64,000 nucleotides of DNA from Bacilli bacterium (GTDB lineage Bacteria > Bacillota_I > Bacilli_A > RFN20 > CAG-826), in the NCBI GenBank assembly GCA_017454295.1, contig JAFTDF010000004.1, forward strand, positions 118,776 through 182,775, written 5' to 3'. Below the pieces are notes generated by a model. That model had not been told where the DNA came from and did not search any database. It was given only the letters and a program-made list of their open reading frames with translations. This document shows, in pieces, positions 1 to 8,926 of the stretch. The position numbers and the translations under genes are program-made. Position 1 is the stretch's first letter, and the number at the start of each line of letters is the position of its first letter.

Positions 1-540
1 CTCCGTCTTTGGAATAAAACGGTTGAAATGGAAGACGATTCCAAGACCTTCCATTTTGTTTTGGATATTGGTAAGCGTTTCTTTGGGGAACCGCCAATTG
101 GGGATGCCCGTTAAGATGGCTCCTCCCAAAGATGCTTCGCGTTCAAAGATCTCCACGGCATAGCCTTCTTGGGATAAAAACACGGCAGCGGAAAGACTAG
201 CGGGACCCGCACCAATACAGGCCACGGTTTTGCCGTTCGCCGCTTTTCTTTGATAGGGCCATGGATGGGAAGAGAGGCCAAACTCGATCTGCGGAATCGC
301 CACGGGATTCCCTTTGATTCCACGCACGCAAGCGCCTTGGCATTGCCGCTTATGATCGCAAAGCTGGGACGTCAGTTCGGGGAACGGGTTTGTGGAATAC
401 AAAACTCGCGAAGCCTCTTCTTCCTTCCCTTGTTTGACCAGTGCGATGAAGTCACGGATGTGGTTGCCCGTGGGGCATTTCCCTTCGCAACGGGGATTGG
501 GGCAGGAAAGACAGGATTGCGATAAATCGTAGATAGCCAT
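1..540 (-). CDS. GltD-family NADPH-dependent glutamate-synthase-small-subunit-like Fe-S/FAD oxidoreductase; 3-prime end runs off the window
   Basis: Continuous minus-strand frame from the ATG at 540 to the window edge (MAIYDLSQSCLSCPNPRCEGKCPTGNHIRDF ... KTVACIGAGPASLSAAVFLSQEGYAVEIFEREASLGG). It has an N-terminal Cys cluster plus a GxGxxG dinucleotide fold. Track ORFs 111..323 and 250..525 are out-of-frame artefacts of this gene. Confidence 0.7.
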   Translation of the reverse strand, partial: MAIYDLSQSCLSCPNPRCEGKCPTGNHIRDFIALVKQGKEEEASRVLYSTNPFPELTSQLCDHKRQCQGACVRGIKGNPVAIPQIEFGLSSHPWPYQRKAANGKTVACIGAGPASLSAAVFLSQEGYAVEIFEREASLGGAILTGIPNWRFPKETLTNIQNKMEGLGIVFHFNRFIPKTE

Positions 541-566
541 GAAAAGATTATATAAGAGAAAACGTT

Positions 567-1253
567 TTACGCACCTAAATACGCGCAAACAAATTCGGTA
601 AGCTCCTGCTGGCAGGCAGGGAAATTGGCTTCATACTCGCCCGCGGCCCCGGTATCGGAGACAAAGCGGCATGCCAAGAAAGGTTTCTCATAGCAGAAGC
701 AAACTTGGACATAGGCGGCGCTTTCCATATCGACGGAAAGGATACCCGGAAACTTGGCTTGGATATCTTGGATTTTCGCAGAGGAGGCAACGAAGGTGTC
801 GCCAGAAGCGATTTTGCCTTGGGCATGGGCATAGCCGAATTGCTCGCAAACGGCCTCGGCTTTCTGGAGCAAAGAGGCATCGCCCGGAAGCTCGATCATA
901 TTGAGCCCAGAAAGCATTCCGACGGGGTCGCCAACGGCGGAAGTATCCATGTCGTATTGCAAATATGCGGAACCAAAAATGGCGCTTCGCAGACCGGCAC
1001 GGTTGGGATCGAGACTGCCGCCGACCCCGACATTCAAGACCGCATCGATTTGTTCGTCATAACGAGTGAGAACGGCTGCCAAAGCGGAGGCGGCAAAGCC
1101 TTTCCCAACGCCGGAGACCAGCAACAGGAAACGGCATCCTCGGCCTTCCATATGGTAGAGCTTTGAGATTTTCCCAAAGGCTTCTTCGCGGAAAGAAAAA
1201 CGCGCCAATATAGGGCGGATTTCTTTTTCCATTGCGGCGACGAAACAGATCAT
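567..1253 (-). CDS. mtnN: 5-methylthioadenosine/S-adenosylhomocysteine nucleosidase
   Basis: 228 aa with the Pfs/MtnN hallmarks (GVGKG, SVDMESAA) and nucleosidase length. Same strand as the oxidoreductase downstream. Confidence 0.85.
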   Translation of the reverse strand: MICFVAAMEKEIRPILARFSFREEAFGKISKLYHMEGRGCRFLLLVSGVGKGFAASALAAVLTRYDEQIDAVLNVGVGGSLDPNRAGLRSAIFGSAYLQYDMDTSAVGDPVGMLSGLNMIELPGDASLLQKAEAVCEQFGYAHAQGKIASGDTFVASSAKIQDIQAKFPGILSVDMESAAYVQVCFCYEKPFLACRFVSDTGAAGEYEANFPACQQELTEFVCAYLGA

Positions 1254-1271
1254 AAACGGTGCAAAACCCCA

Positions 1272-1865
1272 TTATTCTTTGGGTTCTTGCGGGTTTTCCT
1301 CACGACTTTGGGGTTCTTCGACGGGTTCTTTGTTTTCTTCTTGAGCACGGGCCGCTTCTTCGGCTTGGGCGGCCTCTTCTTCGCGAAGCGCTTCATCAAC
1401 GGCTGTGCCAAGCGAGGGCAACGGACGATACCAGTGATAGAGAATGCTGGCGATATAGAAGAGGGCTAAATAGAGCATGTTCGCCCCTAGGAAATAACGG
1501 AACAAGGGAGAGGTCTCCGCCCCTTCCGGAATATGGACCAAACCATTGGCAAAGGCATAAATGTCGAAGCCGATGACGGTCAACGCGGCGGGCAAGACGC
1601 CAATTTTATCGAAGAAGGAGTTTTTCGCACGACGCTTGGGAGAGGCAAGCATCCAAATGAAATCGATGATGAGCCAAGTGCCGCCGATCAAAGTGACGTA
1701 AGAAAAGGCGTAGCGTTTCCAGTCGGCCACGGAGATGACGTTGGCCAAGAAGAGGGAACCCAAAACAGCGAAGAGGACGGCGAAAATCGCCAGCTCCGCC
1801 GAATAGACGAGTTTGACCTTCTTCATCAAAGATTCTTTCGTAAGAGGTTTCGTTTCTTTTTCCAT
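1272..1865 (-). CDS. hypothetical membrane protein with an acidic Glu/Ala/Gln-rich C-terminal tail
   Basis: Four hydrophobic segments followed by EEAAQAEEAARAQEENKEPVEEPQ. The track ORF opens on GTG at 1919. The internal ATG (MEKETKPL) is taken as the start, but no clear SD was found. Confidence 0.45.
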   Translation of the reverse strand: MEKETKPLTKESLMKKVKLVYSAELAIFAVLFAVLGSLFLANVISVADWKRYAFSYVTLIGGTWLIIDFIWMLASPKRRAKNSFFDKIGVLPAALTVIGFDIYAFANGLVHIPEGAETSPLFRYFLGANMLYLALFYIASILYHWYRPLPSLGTAVDEALREEEAAQAEEAARAQEENKEPVEEPQSREENPQEPKE

Positions 1866-1950
1866 GAGCAAAATATTAATGGGGGCGCGTGCGAAAAGGA
1901 AGAGGAAACGATGTTGCACTTTCCCAGATGATGAGTAGAATACCTACGGT

Positions 1951-2466
1951 ATGAATTACAAAGACTATATTCGCGTCCAAGAAGACTTCCCCAAGAAAGG
2001 GATTTCCTTCAAGGATATTTCCCCTTTGCTGGCCAATGGGGAAGCCTTTTCTCAGGCCATCGCCGAATTGAAAGAGGTTTGCGCCAAATGGAATCCCGAC
2101 GTCATCATCGGGCCCGAGGCGCGCGGCTTCGTCGTGGGCGCCCCGCTTGCCCAAGCCATGGGGAAGGGATTCATCATGGCCCGGAAGAAAGGCAAACTAC
2201 CCGGTGAGATCATCGCCAAAACCTATGGCTTGGAATATGGGACCGACACCATCGAAGTCCCGACCTTCGCCGTGAAGAAAGGGACCCGCGTCGTCATCGC
2301 CGACGATTTGCTGGCCACCGGTGGTACCTTGGCAGCCATCGAATCGATGCTAAAAGAACTCGGCGTCGAAGTCGTGGGCATCGTTACCTTGATCGAGCTG
2401 ACCGATTTGCAAGGTACCAAGCTTCTCTCTTCTCCTTATTTCTCATTGGTTCAATACCCCCATTAA
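1951..2466 (+). CDS. apt: adenine phosphoribosyltransferase
   Basis: 171 aa with the PRTase motif VVIADDLLATGGT and an Apt N-terminus (ISPLLANGEAF). Confidence 0.9.
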   Translation: MNYKDYIRVQEDFPKKGISFKDISPLLANGEAFSQAIAELKEVCAKWNPDVIIGPEARGFVVGAPLAQAMGKGFIMARKKGKLPGEIIAKTYGLEYGTDTIEVPTFAVKKGTRVVIADDLLATGGTLAAIESMLKELGVEVVGIVTLIELTDLQGTKLLSSPYFSLVQYPH

Positions 2467-2486
2467 TTTGGGGGTTTCTTTTTTGG
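2457..2486 (+). terminator. intrinsic terminator after apt (CCCCC-loop-GGGGG then TTTCTTTTTTGG), overlapping the apt stop codon
   Basis: GC stem followed by a T-run directly after the apt stop. The GGAGG site for upp follows. Confidence 0.6.
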
Positions 2487-2496
2487 AGGTTATCCC

Positions 2497-3129
2497 ATGG
2501 AAAAAGTCCACTACATCAATCACCCCGTCCTCACCCATAAGATTTCCATCTTACGGAACAAAAAGACCCGGCCCGCCGTCTTCCGTAACCTGGTGCGGGA
2601 AATCGGTATGATCGAAGCCTACGAAGCGCTTCGCCACCACCCTTCCATTACCAAAGAGGTGGAGACACCTTTGGAAGTCATGGAAGGTCATTTCATCCAA
2701 GATAGCGAAATCTGTTTCGTTTCCATTCTTCGCGCCGGGTTGGAAATGGGCCATGGGGCTCGCGATATCCTGCCCAACGCCTGTGAAGGGTTTATCTCCA
2801 TGGCGCGGGACGAAGTCACGTTCAAGCCCACCCTCTCCTATGTCAAACTCCCTGCCGGCATCAAAAACAAACACACGATCATTCTCGATCCGATGCTAGC
2901 GACCGGCGGTTCTTCGATTGCCGCGGTAAAATTGCTTCGCGAAGCCGGAGCCAACGTGGCCGCCTTCTGTTGCATCATCGCCGCGCCCGAAGGGGTGAAG
3001 GCTTTCGCCGAAGCCTGCCCCGATGTGGAACTCTATGTCGGCGCCCTCGACCGCGAATTAAATGAAAAAGCCTACATCTTACCTGGGTTAGGCGATGCAG
3101 GCGATCGTATCTACAATACCGTCGATTAA
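2497..3129 (+). CDS. upp: uracil phosphoribosyltransferase
   Basis: 210 aa with the Upp signature (ILRAGL, DPMLATGGS). Confidence 0.9.
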   Translation: MEKVHYINHPVLTHKISILRNKKTRPAVFRNLVREIGMIEAYEALRHHPSITKEVETPLEVMEGHFIQDSEICFVSILRAGLEMGHGARDILPNACEGFISMARDEVTFKPTLSYVKLPAGIKNKHTIILDPMLATGGSSIAAVKLLREAGANVAAFCCIIAAPEGVKAFAEACPDVELYVGALDRELNEKAYILPGLGDAGDRIYNTVD

Positions 3130-3680
3130 TCGGCTTTGCGGTCCCAGCGTTCGATTTCGTCTTTGCTGGGAACATAGACATAAGGTACGTTGCGGACGAA
3201 GTTTTTATAGTCGAGCCCATACCCGACGAGGAATTCATTCCCTTCGAGCACGTGGCCCACATAACGGACCTCCACATCGTTGACACGTCCTTGGGGTTTA
3301 TCGAATAACGCACACACGGAAACGGATTTCGGCTGATAGGTCTCTTTGAGGTATTTCGTGAGGAAAGCCATGGATAATCCAGAATCCACGATGTCTTCCA
3401 CAATGATGACGTCTTTCCCTTTTAGCGAAATGGAAACGTCTTTGATCATTTTGATTTGGCCGGTGCTTTTCACCCCTTCGTAGGATTTGACTTGAACATA
3501 ATCGAATTGGGCGTCGATAGAGATGTGTTTCATCAAATCGGCGGTGAAATTCAAAGCCCCATTCATCACGCAAAGTAAAATCGGGGCTTGCTCTTGCTGC
3601 GAAAAGTCCGCGCTGATTTGTGCGCCGAGTCTGGCGGCAATGGCCTCGATTTCCTGCTGGCTTAAAATGAGCTTTTCCAT
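3126..3680 (-). CDS. hpt: hypoxanthine-guanine phosphoribosyltransferase
   Basis: 184 aa with IVEDIVDSGLS in a 6-oxopurine PRTase fold. Its stop overlaps the upp stop (shared TTAA). Confidence 0.9.
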   Translation of the reverse strand: MEKLILSQQEIEAIAARLGAQISADFSQQEQAPILLCVMNGALNFTADLMKHISIDAQFDYVQVKSYEGVKSTGQIKMIKDVSISLKGKDVIIVEDIVDSGLSMAFLTKYLKETYQPKSVSVCALFDKPQGRVNDVEVRYVGHVLEGNEFLVGYGLDYKNFVRNVPYVYVPSKDEIERWDRKAD

Positions 3681-3830
3681 AGACGCATTATACGCCTCTA
3701 AAGAAAGAGAAAATACGCGAATTTGCAGAAGACAAAATCAGCATCGTTTGGAAAGTGACAGCTACATCGTTGCCCTAGGTTTTTTTCACGCGCGTCTAAG
3801 CGTATAATAGAAACGTTAAGGAGCGATTTT
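3681..3830. promoter_or_regulatory. divergent hpt/prs promoter region
   Basis: Minus strand: TATAAT ends 6 nt before the hpt ATG, with no SD (leaderless candidate). Plus strand: TTTTTTTCACGCGCGTCTAAGCGTATAAT, then AAGGAG, 8 nt, then the prs ATG. Confidence 0.55.
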
Positions 3831-4817
3831 ATGAACGAGAACGCTGTCCTCTTCTCCCTCTCGGGAAATCCCGAATTGGCTCAAAACATCGCCGAAAAGC
3901 TCGGCACGAAACTAGCGGATGTTTCCATTCGCCGTTTTCCCTCTGGGGAAACGATCGTTGAGCCGATTAATACCGTGCGTGGTAAACAGGTCTTCATCAT
4001 CCAGCCCACCTGCCCTCCGGTCAACGACAACCTCATGGAAGTTTTGATCTTCGTGGATGCGTTACGTCGCGCCTCCGCCTCGGAAATCAATTTGATTTGC
4101 CCCTACTATGGCTATGCCCGTCAAGACCGCAAGGCAAAACCCCGTCAACCCATCACCGCCGCTTTGGTGGCCCATTTGTTGACCACCGCTGGCGTCGATC
4201 GCGTCGTGACCGTCAACCTTCACGCTTCCCAAATCCAAGGTTTCTTCTCTTGCTTGGTCGACGATTTGACGGCCGTCCCTCTTCTCGGGTCTGCCGTGCT
4301 TGCCCAAAAACCCGACTTAAAGAACACGGTTGTCGTTTCTCCCGACCATGGTGGCGTCAACCGGGCCCGCGACCTAGCCGTGACCTTGGGAAACTGCCCC
4401 ATCGCCATTATCGATAAGCGTCGCAAAGCCTCGCTAGAACCAGAAGTAATGGAAATCATCGGCTCTGTCGCCGGCAAAGATTGCATCATGATCGATGATA
4501 TGATCGATACCGGGCGTTCCGCCTGCGTCGGCGCGAAGGCGTTAAAAGCGGCAGGGGCCAAGTCCGTCTCCATCGCGGCGGTCCACCCCACCTTCTCCGA
4601 TCCTTGTTACGATTATCTTTCCGAAGGCATCTTTGACAATATCGTCGTCACCGACTCGATTCCCTTGCAGCAACGTTTTCTCGACCTCAAAGGATTGCGG
4701 GTCGTCTCCCTGGCTTCGATGCTTGCGGAATGTATCCAACGCATTATCAAAAACGCACCGCTTTCGACGGTTTACGAAGCATACGGAAAACCCGAGAACA
4801 TCAAACGGAAAAAATAA
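3831..4817 (+). CDS. prs: ribose-phosphate pyrophosphokinase (PRPP synthetase)
   Basis: 328 aa; YYGYARQDRK flexible-loop motif and a DTGRS PRPP-binding site. Confidence 0.9.
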   Translation: MNENAVLFSLSGNPELAQNIAEKLGTKLADVSIRRFPSGETIVEPINTVRGKQVFIIQPTCPPVNDNLMEVLIFVDALRRASASEINLICPYYGYARQDRKAKPRQPITAALVAHLLTTAGVDRVVTVNLHASQIQGFFSCLVDDLTAVPLLGSAVLAQKPDLKNTVVVSPDHGGVNRARDLAVTLGNCPIAIIDKRRKASLEPEVMEIIGSVAGKDCIMIDDMIDTGRSACVGAKALKAAGAKSVSIAAVHPTFSDPCYDYLSEGIFDNIVVTDSIPLQQRFLDLKGLRVVSLASMLAECIQRIIKNAPLSTVYEAYGKPENIKRKK

Positions 4818-4845
4818 GCTTCCTCAATCGGAAGCTTTTTTGATT
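4817..4845. terminator. bidirectional intrinsic terminator between prs and the convergent membrane-protein gene
   Basis: AAGCTTCC-tcaatc-GGAAGCTT followed by TTTTTTGATT. Confidence 0.65.
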
Positions 4846-5306
4846 AGTTTTCTGCCGAACACGAAGGTAGATACATAGGCCCCGATGCCCAAGACCATCA
4901 TCACGATGAACCCGGCAAGGACAAACCCGTAATACCAACCCGGCAGAGAGGAGCTATTCGCATAGCGAAGCGTCTGCAATAAGACGGCGGCGATTTCTAG
5001 TCCCATCGTGCCGGCAAGGGCGAGGAAGACATAACGGAGCGAGCGTTTGAAATAAATATGGATGAGGTTGGCGATAAACAACGCCAAACCCCCATAAAAG
5101 ATGATCGTTCCCAAAATGAGGTAGGCGTCCAATTCGCGGGTATAACGGAAATTGATGCAGGTGAGGAAATCATCATAGGCCACCGTGCCCAAAACGGCGC
5201 GCACGCCCATTCCCGTATCCACGGAAATAAAGATTATGCCAAACACAAACACGGCCCCGATAATCGAGATCATCGCAATCCAGAAGCCAGTTTCTCTTTT
5301 ATCCAT
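4824..5306 (-). CDS. hypothetical integral membrane protein
   Basis: 160 aa with 4-5 predicted TM helices. No recognised motif. Confidence 0.5.
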   Translation of the reverse strand: MDKRETGFWIAMISIIGAVFVFGIIFISVDTGMGVRAVLGTVAYDDFLTCINFRYTRELDAYLILGTIIFYGGLALFIANLIHIYFKRSLRYVFLALAGTMGLEIAAVLLQTLRYANSSSLPGWYYGFVLAGFIVMMVLGIGAYVSTFVFGRKLIKKASD

Positions 5307-5371
5307 AATTTTCTACCTCACATATTTTGGACAAGCATGAACGAAAATCAAGGCAAGTTATGAAATAAGGC

Positions 5372-5399
5372 AAAGAAAAAGCCCATCACGAGGATGGGC
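5372..5399 (-). terminator. intrinsic terminator downstream of the 5411..6604 gene
   Basis: Minus-strand reading GCCCATC-ctcgt-GATGGGC followed by TTTTTCTTT. Confidence 0.55.
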
Positions 5400-5410
5400 G
5401 ATTTCGAGGA

Positions 5411-6604
5411 TTAATACTTTCGCATTTTCCCGGAAACGGAATGGACGCGGACCGATCCGCCACGGGATTCGACCAAGGCTTTGGCATAAGCGACGGCTTC
5501 GGCTTGGGTCGGAAGCAGCTTAATGACCTTATCCGAAGAGGCCAATTTAACCGACCATTGTCCGGAAGGATGCTTGGCGATGTGGTAGACACGCGGGCCG
5601 GGGCGTCCAGTGGGGACGGGCGTGGTGATCGCGGGACGGCGGCTGGGTTGCAACTTCTTCTCCGGATTCACGGATGAAGGTTCGGGTTGCGGCTTCGCGG
5701 CAGGCTTCGGAGCGGGTTTGGCAGCGGGTTTCGGAGCGGGCTTGGGCTCTTCCACAGGAATCGGAGCAACGACCGGCTCGGGTTCGGGCTCGGGAGCGGG
5801 TTCCGGCTCGGGCTGCGCTTCGGGTTCAGGAGCGGGTTCTTCCGCTTTCGGAGCTTCGGCGGCAGCGGGTTCGACAAAGGGGGCTTCTTCCACCGGGGCG
5901 GAAGCTTCAAAGTTGGTTTCGGGTTGCGCGGCTTCCTTCGAGCCAATGCGGCGGAGGAAGATCAGCAACAATGCAATCAAGAAGGAGCCAATGACGCAAG
6001 CGGTCATGATGATGTAGTTCAAATAGGTGGTGATATCGCTGAAAACGATGGTCGAGAAGTCAAAGACGAAGAGACCATATTTGTCCCAACCGGGCTGACC
6101 CATAACGGTGAGGGCGATGGCGATGCCACCATAAGCGGCGACGGGGATGATGCCGGTAAAGGCAACATACCAACCGAGTTTGGGCTTGCATTCGAATATG
6201 AAGCTGAGAATGGCAAGGACCGGGGCGATGATGTGCAATTCAAGGGGCCAGGTATAGTCCGTGACGGCAGCCCACCCATTGCCGCCGATGTTCTGGGGGC
6301 AGATGTAGGTAAGAACCATAATCATGGTGACGGCCGAGGCGGTGACGCCCATGAGTTTGAGCGCGGAAACGAACTTCGAACCTTTCTTTCCATTGACGAT
6401 GGTAATGTCCGCGATCAGAGCGGCCAAAGAGGTGACGGCAAGCAAGATCCCACTGTCGACCGTAAAGTATTTCACAGCCTCCGTAATGGTCATGGTTGTC
6501 GTTCCGGGAAGGAATCCCATAATCAGATTGAGCACGGCGAAAACAACGACGCCGATAGTCAATACGTTGAGGATTATGGCAACGATGTGACGACCTTTCT
6601 TCAT
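5411..6604 (-). CDS. membrane protein with a Pro/Glu/Ala/Lys-rich linker and a C-terminal DUF2188-like domain
   Basis: 397 aa with about 6 TM helices, then a PEPEP/KPAPKPAAKP low-complexity region, then PRVYHIAKHPSGQWSVKLASSDKVIKLLPTQAEAVAYAKALVESRGGSVRVHSVSGKMR. AAAGGAG ribosome-binding site 8 nt before the ATG. Confidence 0.6.
   Translation of the reverse strand: MKKGRHIVAIILNVLTIGVVVFAVLNLIMGFLPGTTTMTITEAVKYFTVDSGILLAVTSLAALIADITIVNGKKGSKFVSALKLMGVTASAVTMIMVLTYICPQNIGGNGWAAVTDYTWPLELHIIAPVLAILSFIFECKPKLGWYVAFTGIIPVAAYGGIAIALTVMGQPGWDKYGLFVFDFSTIVFSDITTYLNYIIMTACVIGSFLIALLLIFLRRIGSKEAAQPETNFEASAPVEEAPFVEPAAAEAPKAEEPAPEPEAQPEPEPAPEPEPEPVVAPIPVEEPKPAPKPAAKPAPKPAAKPQPEPSSVNPEKKLQPSRRPAITTPVPTGRPGPRVYHIAKHPSGQWSVKLASSDKVIKLLPTQAEAVAYAKALVESRGGSVRVHSVSGKMRKY
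5690..5860 (-). repeat. imperfect short tandem nucleotide repeats encoding the PEPEPAPEPEP / KPAPKPAAKPAPKP linker
   Basis: Reiterated ggttcgggctcggg and gcgggtttggcagcgggtttcgg units seen in the DNA. Confidence 0.6.
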
Positions 6605-6723
6605 AAAATCTCCTTTTTCAATTTGCCTAATTATACGCCACGCACGTGAATTGTGAATAGTTTCTCATTGTCTTAAAAGCGTGCAAAATCCGCATGTTTA
6701 CGGCTCTTTCTTCGCACCTAAGA

Positions 6724-6758
6724 AACCAAAAAATCACCCCCCTACGGAGAAGGTGATT
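6724..6758. terminator. intrinsic terminator (AATCACC ... GGTGATT with flanking T-runs on both strands) ending the 9206..6790 operon
   Basis: 7-bp GC-containing stem. TTTTTTGGTTT on the minus strand and TTTGTTTTTTG on the plus strand. Confidence 0.6.
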
Positions 6759-6789
6759 CTTTGTTTTTTGTTGGGTTTTTGCGGCTTTT

Positions 6790-8652
6790 TTAAATAGAAC
6801 CATTCATCAAGTCGATCACCAAGAAGACAACGCTGGCAATGAGCAGTAAGACGTTGGGGATGGTGAGCAAGGCACGATAAGCGTTCTTCTTTTGACGTAA
6901 GAGTAACGTAGCGAGTAAGCACATTGCGCCCGCCCCAAGGAAGCCATAGCAATAAGGACCGGTGGCCTCCAAAATTTTCGGGAAGAGGAAGAAGGCCAAT
7001 GCATAAAGGCTGAATAGAATCCCGCTGATGCCAAGGATCTTGGCCCAGACATCCGACCCGCGTTCATCAAAGCCGAAACGACGATGGATGGCAAATAGGG
7101 CGACCGTCACACCGATCACCGGAACGGCAATATAAGATAGACGGTTCACCATGGGCGAGATGTTGGCGGCTTGGGCAACCAAAGGTACCACCACAGCTAA
7201 GACAAGGGGAACGATAATCGCCAAACTCACATAAAGGAGCATCGACATAAAGTCCCAACTCTTGATCACGGTGTTCTTCTCTCGTTTTCCCCAAGGCAAA
7301 CGGATGTTTTCTTGGGTTTCGCCATAAAGATAATGCAGTTCGTCGCAGCCCGACTTCAAAGCAACGCGATGGGCGTGGGGCGAACGGAGCAAATCTTTCT
7401 TAAGCCCACGGAAGGTTTTCTGCTGGGAAGGGGCGAGGTTTTGGGAGAGCTCGTAAAGGGCAGGACCCATCTTTTCGAAATCGCCCCGCTTCTTCTTGCA
7501 ATGGACCAACAGGCTCATCAAGGAGAACTGGCGTTCTTCATCGAGTTGTTGATTCACGGCTTCGCCAAAAACGATCACTATGGTCTCGAAATCGGTTTTC
7601 TTCAATTCCGCGACCAACAATTCGAAATAGGCTTCTTGGAGTTCGGGATCGGCAAGCAAGCGGGCCGTTAAACCTACCGCATATTCTTCATGGAGCAGCA
7701 AAGCCTCGTCTTGGCTTTTGGCGAATTCATAGAAGTCGTCAATGTTCTGGCGTTTGCACTTCTCGACGCCATAGGCGTAATGGAACTCTGCTTCGCTAGG
7801 CAGGGTAAATGCCGCTAGGGCGATGCAGTCCTCGGGAATGTAGTCGCGGTGTTCGTAATAGAAGAGGGCTTGCTCGTAATCGTCCCCTTCGAACGCGGCT
7901 TTGGAAAGATCGTTAAAAGCTCCGTAAACGATTTCCAGGAATTCGTTGCGGCGAGCTTCGGTCCGATTCGAACGCTCCATGCCCGGCTTGGATAGTTCCC
8001 CATCCACCGCAAGGGCGGCAAGGAAATCTTCTTGGGAGAGGATTTGGCCCCGGAATCTGAGCGCGGCATTGGCATAGCCAAAACCAACGAGTTTATCCAA
8101 ATGGTATTGTTTGCTGGCTTCCCCATCGATTTGGGTGCCGAGGTTCTCGGCGATTTGCCGATAAGCATCCATTTTCGCTTCTTCTAAAGCCGGCTGCTCG
8201 GCGCGCAAATTGGCTTCGCCCATGTGGGCATAAACGCAAGCCTTCTCATGACCGAGGATCTCGCGGATAAGCTTTTGGGATTTCAGGGGGATGCCATAAT
8301 CCAAAGGTAGGAATTTGGAATTCAAGGCGTCGATGCCCACAAGCGCTTGCTCGTATTTGCCTTGTTCATCCAACGATTTGACATATTGGAGAACTTCTTC
8401 GAGGTAGGTGGCATAGTAGGCGATGTCTTCTTTGCCTTTGGCGATGTTTTCGATGGGCTTAACGAAAGAGGCCATTTTCTTTTTGGCTTCGAGCAAAGCG
8501 TTGAGATTATCGTGCAAGGCCAATAGGCGTTGTTCGGTCTTTTCCAAATGAATGGAGGCGACGGATTTGATGGCGGAGGCTTCGGCGACGGCTTGGTCGA
8601 GGTCGGCGAGTTGACGCTCAACGAAAGAGGGATTGACTTCGAAATCAGGCAT
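6790..8652 (-). CDS. large hypothetical protein: about 470-aa cytoplasmic alpha-helical domain plus a C-terminal block of 4-5 TM helices
   Basis: The ATG at 8652 is preceded by AGGAGGAACCGCAAA and overlaps the upstream gene stop (coupling). No catalytic motif was recognised. Confidence 0.55.
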   Translation of the reverse strand: MPDFEVNPSFVERQLADLDQAVAEASAIKSVASIHLEKTEQRLLALHDNLNALLEAKKKMASFVKPIENIAKGKEDIAYYATYLEEVLQYVKSLDEQGKYEQALVGIDALNSKFLPLDYGIPLKSQKLIREILGHEKACVYAHMGEANLRAEQPALEEAKMDAYRQIAENLGTQIDGEASKQYHLDKLVGFGYANAALRFRGQILSQEDFLAALAVDGELSKPGMERSNRTEARRNEFLEIVYGAFNDLSKAAFEGDDYEQALFYYEHRDYIPEDCIALAAFTLPSEAEFHYAYGVEKCKRQNIDDFYEFAKSQDEALLLHEEYAVGLTARLLADPELQEAYFELLVAELKKTDFETIVIVFGEAVNQQLDEERQFSLMSLLVHCKKKRGDFEKMGPALYELSQNLAPSQQKTFRGLKKDLLRSPHAHRVALKSGCDELHYLYGETQENIRLPWGKREKNTVIKSWDFMSMLLYVSLAIIVPLVLAVVVPLVAQAANISPMVNRLSYIAVPVIGVTVALFAIHRRFGFDERGSDVWAKILGISGILFSLYALAFFLFPKILEATGPYCYGFLGAGAMCLLATLLLRQKKNAYRALLTIPNVLLLIASVVFLVIDLMNGSI

Positions 8653-8926
8653 TTTGCGGTTCCTCCTCTTCTTCGACGGCAAGGGGGACTTCCAATTTGC
8701 GGAACGCATCTTGGACATCCATATAAGCCAAATTCAAATCGCGAACACCCTGGGAGAAAGCCTGGGTCACGCCGGCTTGGCTTTTAGATAAAGCTTCGGA
8801 GGCGGCGTTGAGCTTCTCCACGGTCTTTTTATGAGAGGTGGCGATTTCCGCTTCTTTTTGTTTGATCACACGGTCGAGATCTCGTGTCTTGGCGCCATAG
8901 ACTTTGGCAAATTCATTCGCAGTCAT
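8645..8926 (-). CDS. small predicted coiled-coil protein (93 aa) with an acidic tail EEEEEPQNA
   Basis: Middle gene of the coupled trio; overlaps neighbours by 14 and 8 nt. Confidence 0.5.
   Translation of the reverse strand: MTANEFAKVYGAKTRDLDRVIKQKEAEIATSHKKTVEKLNAASEALSKSQAGVTQAFSQGVRDLNLAYMDVQDAFRKLEVPLAVEEEEEPQNA

Noticed and set aside
111-525. Track ORFs 111..323 (-) and 250..525 (+)
   Set aside because: Both overlap a single continuous minus-strand frame (1..540) with clear GltD-like motifs. They are out-of-frame artefacts.
705-1166. 153-aa plus-strand ORF inside mtnN
   Set aside because: Antisense to a confidently assigned gene, and no motif.
5687-6649. 320-aa plus-strand ORF full of GFG/RSG repeats
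   Set aside because: It is antisense to the well-supported membrane/DUF2188 gene. It is the reverse-complement reading of the Pro/Glu-rich repeat region, with no RBS and no protein-like composition.
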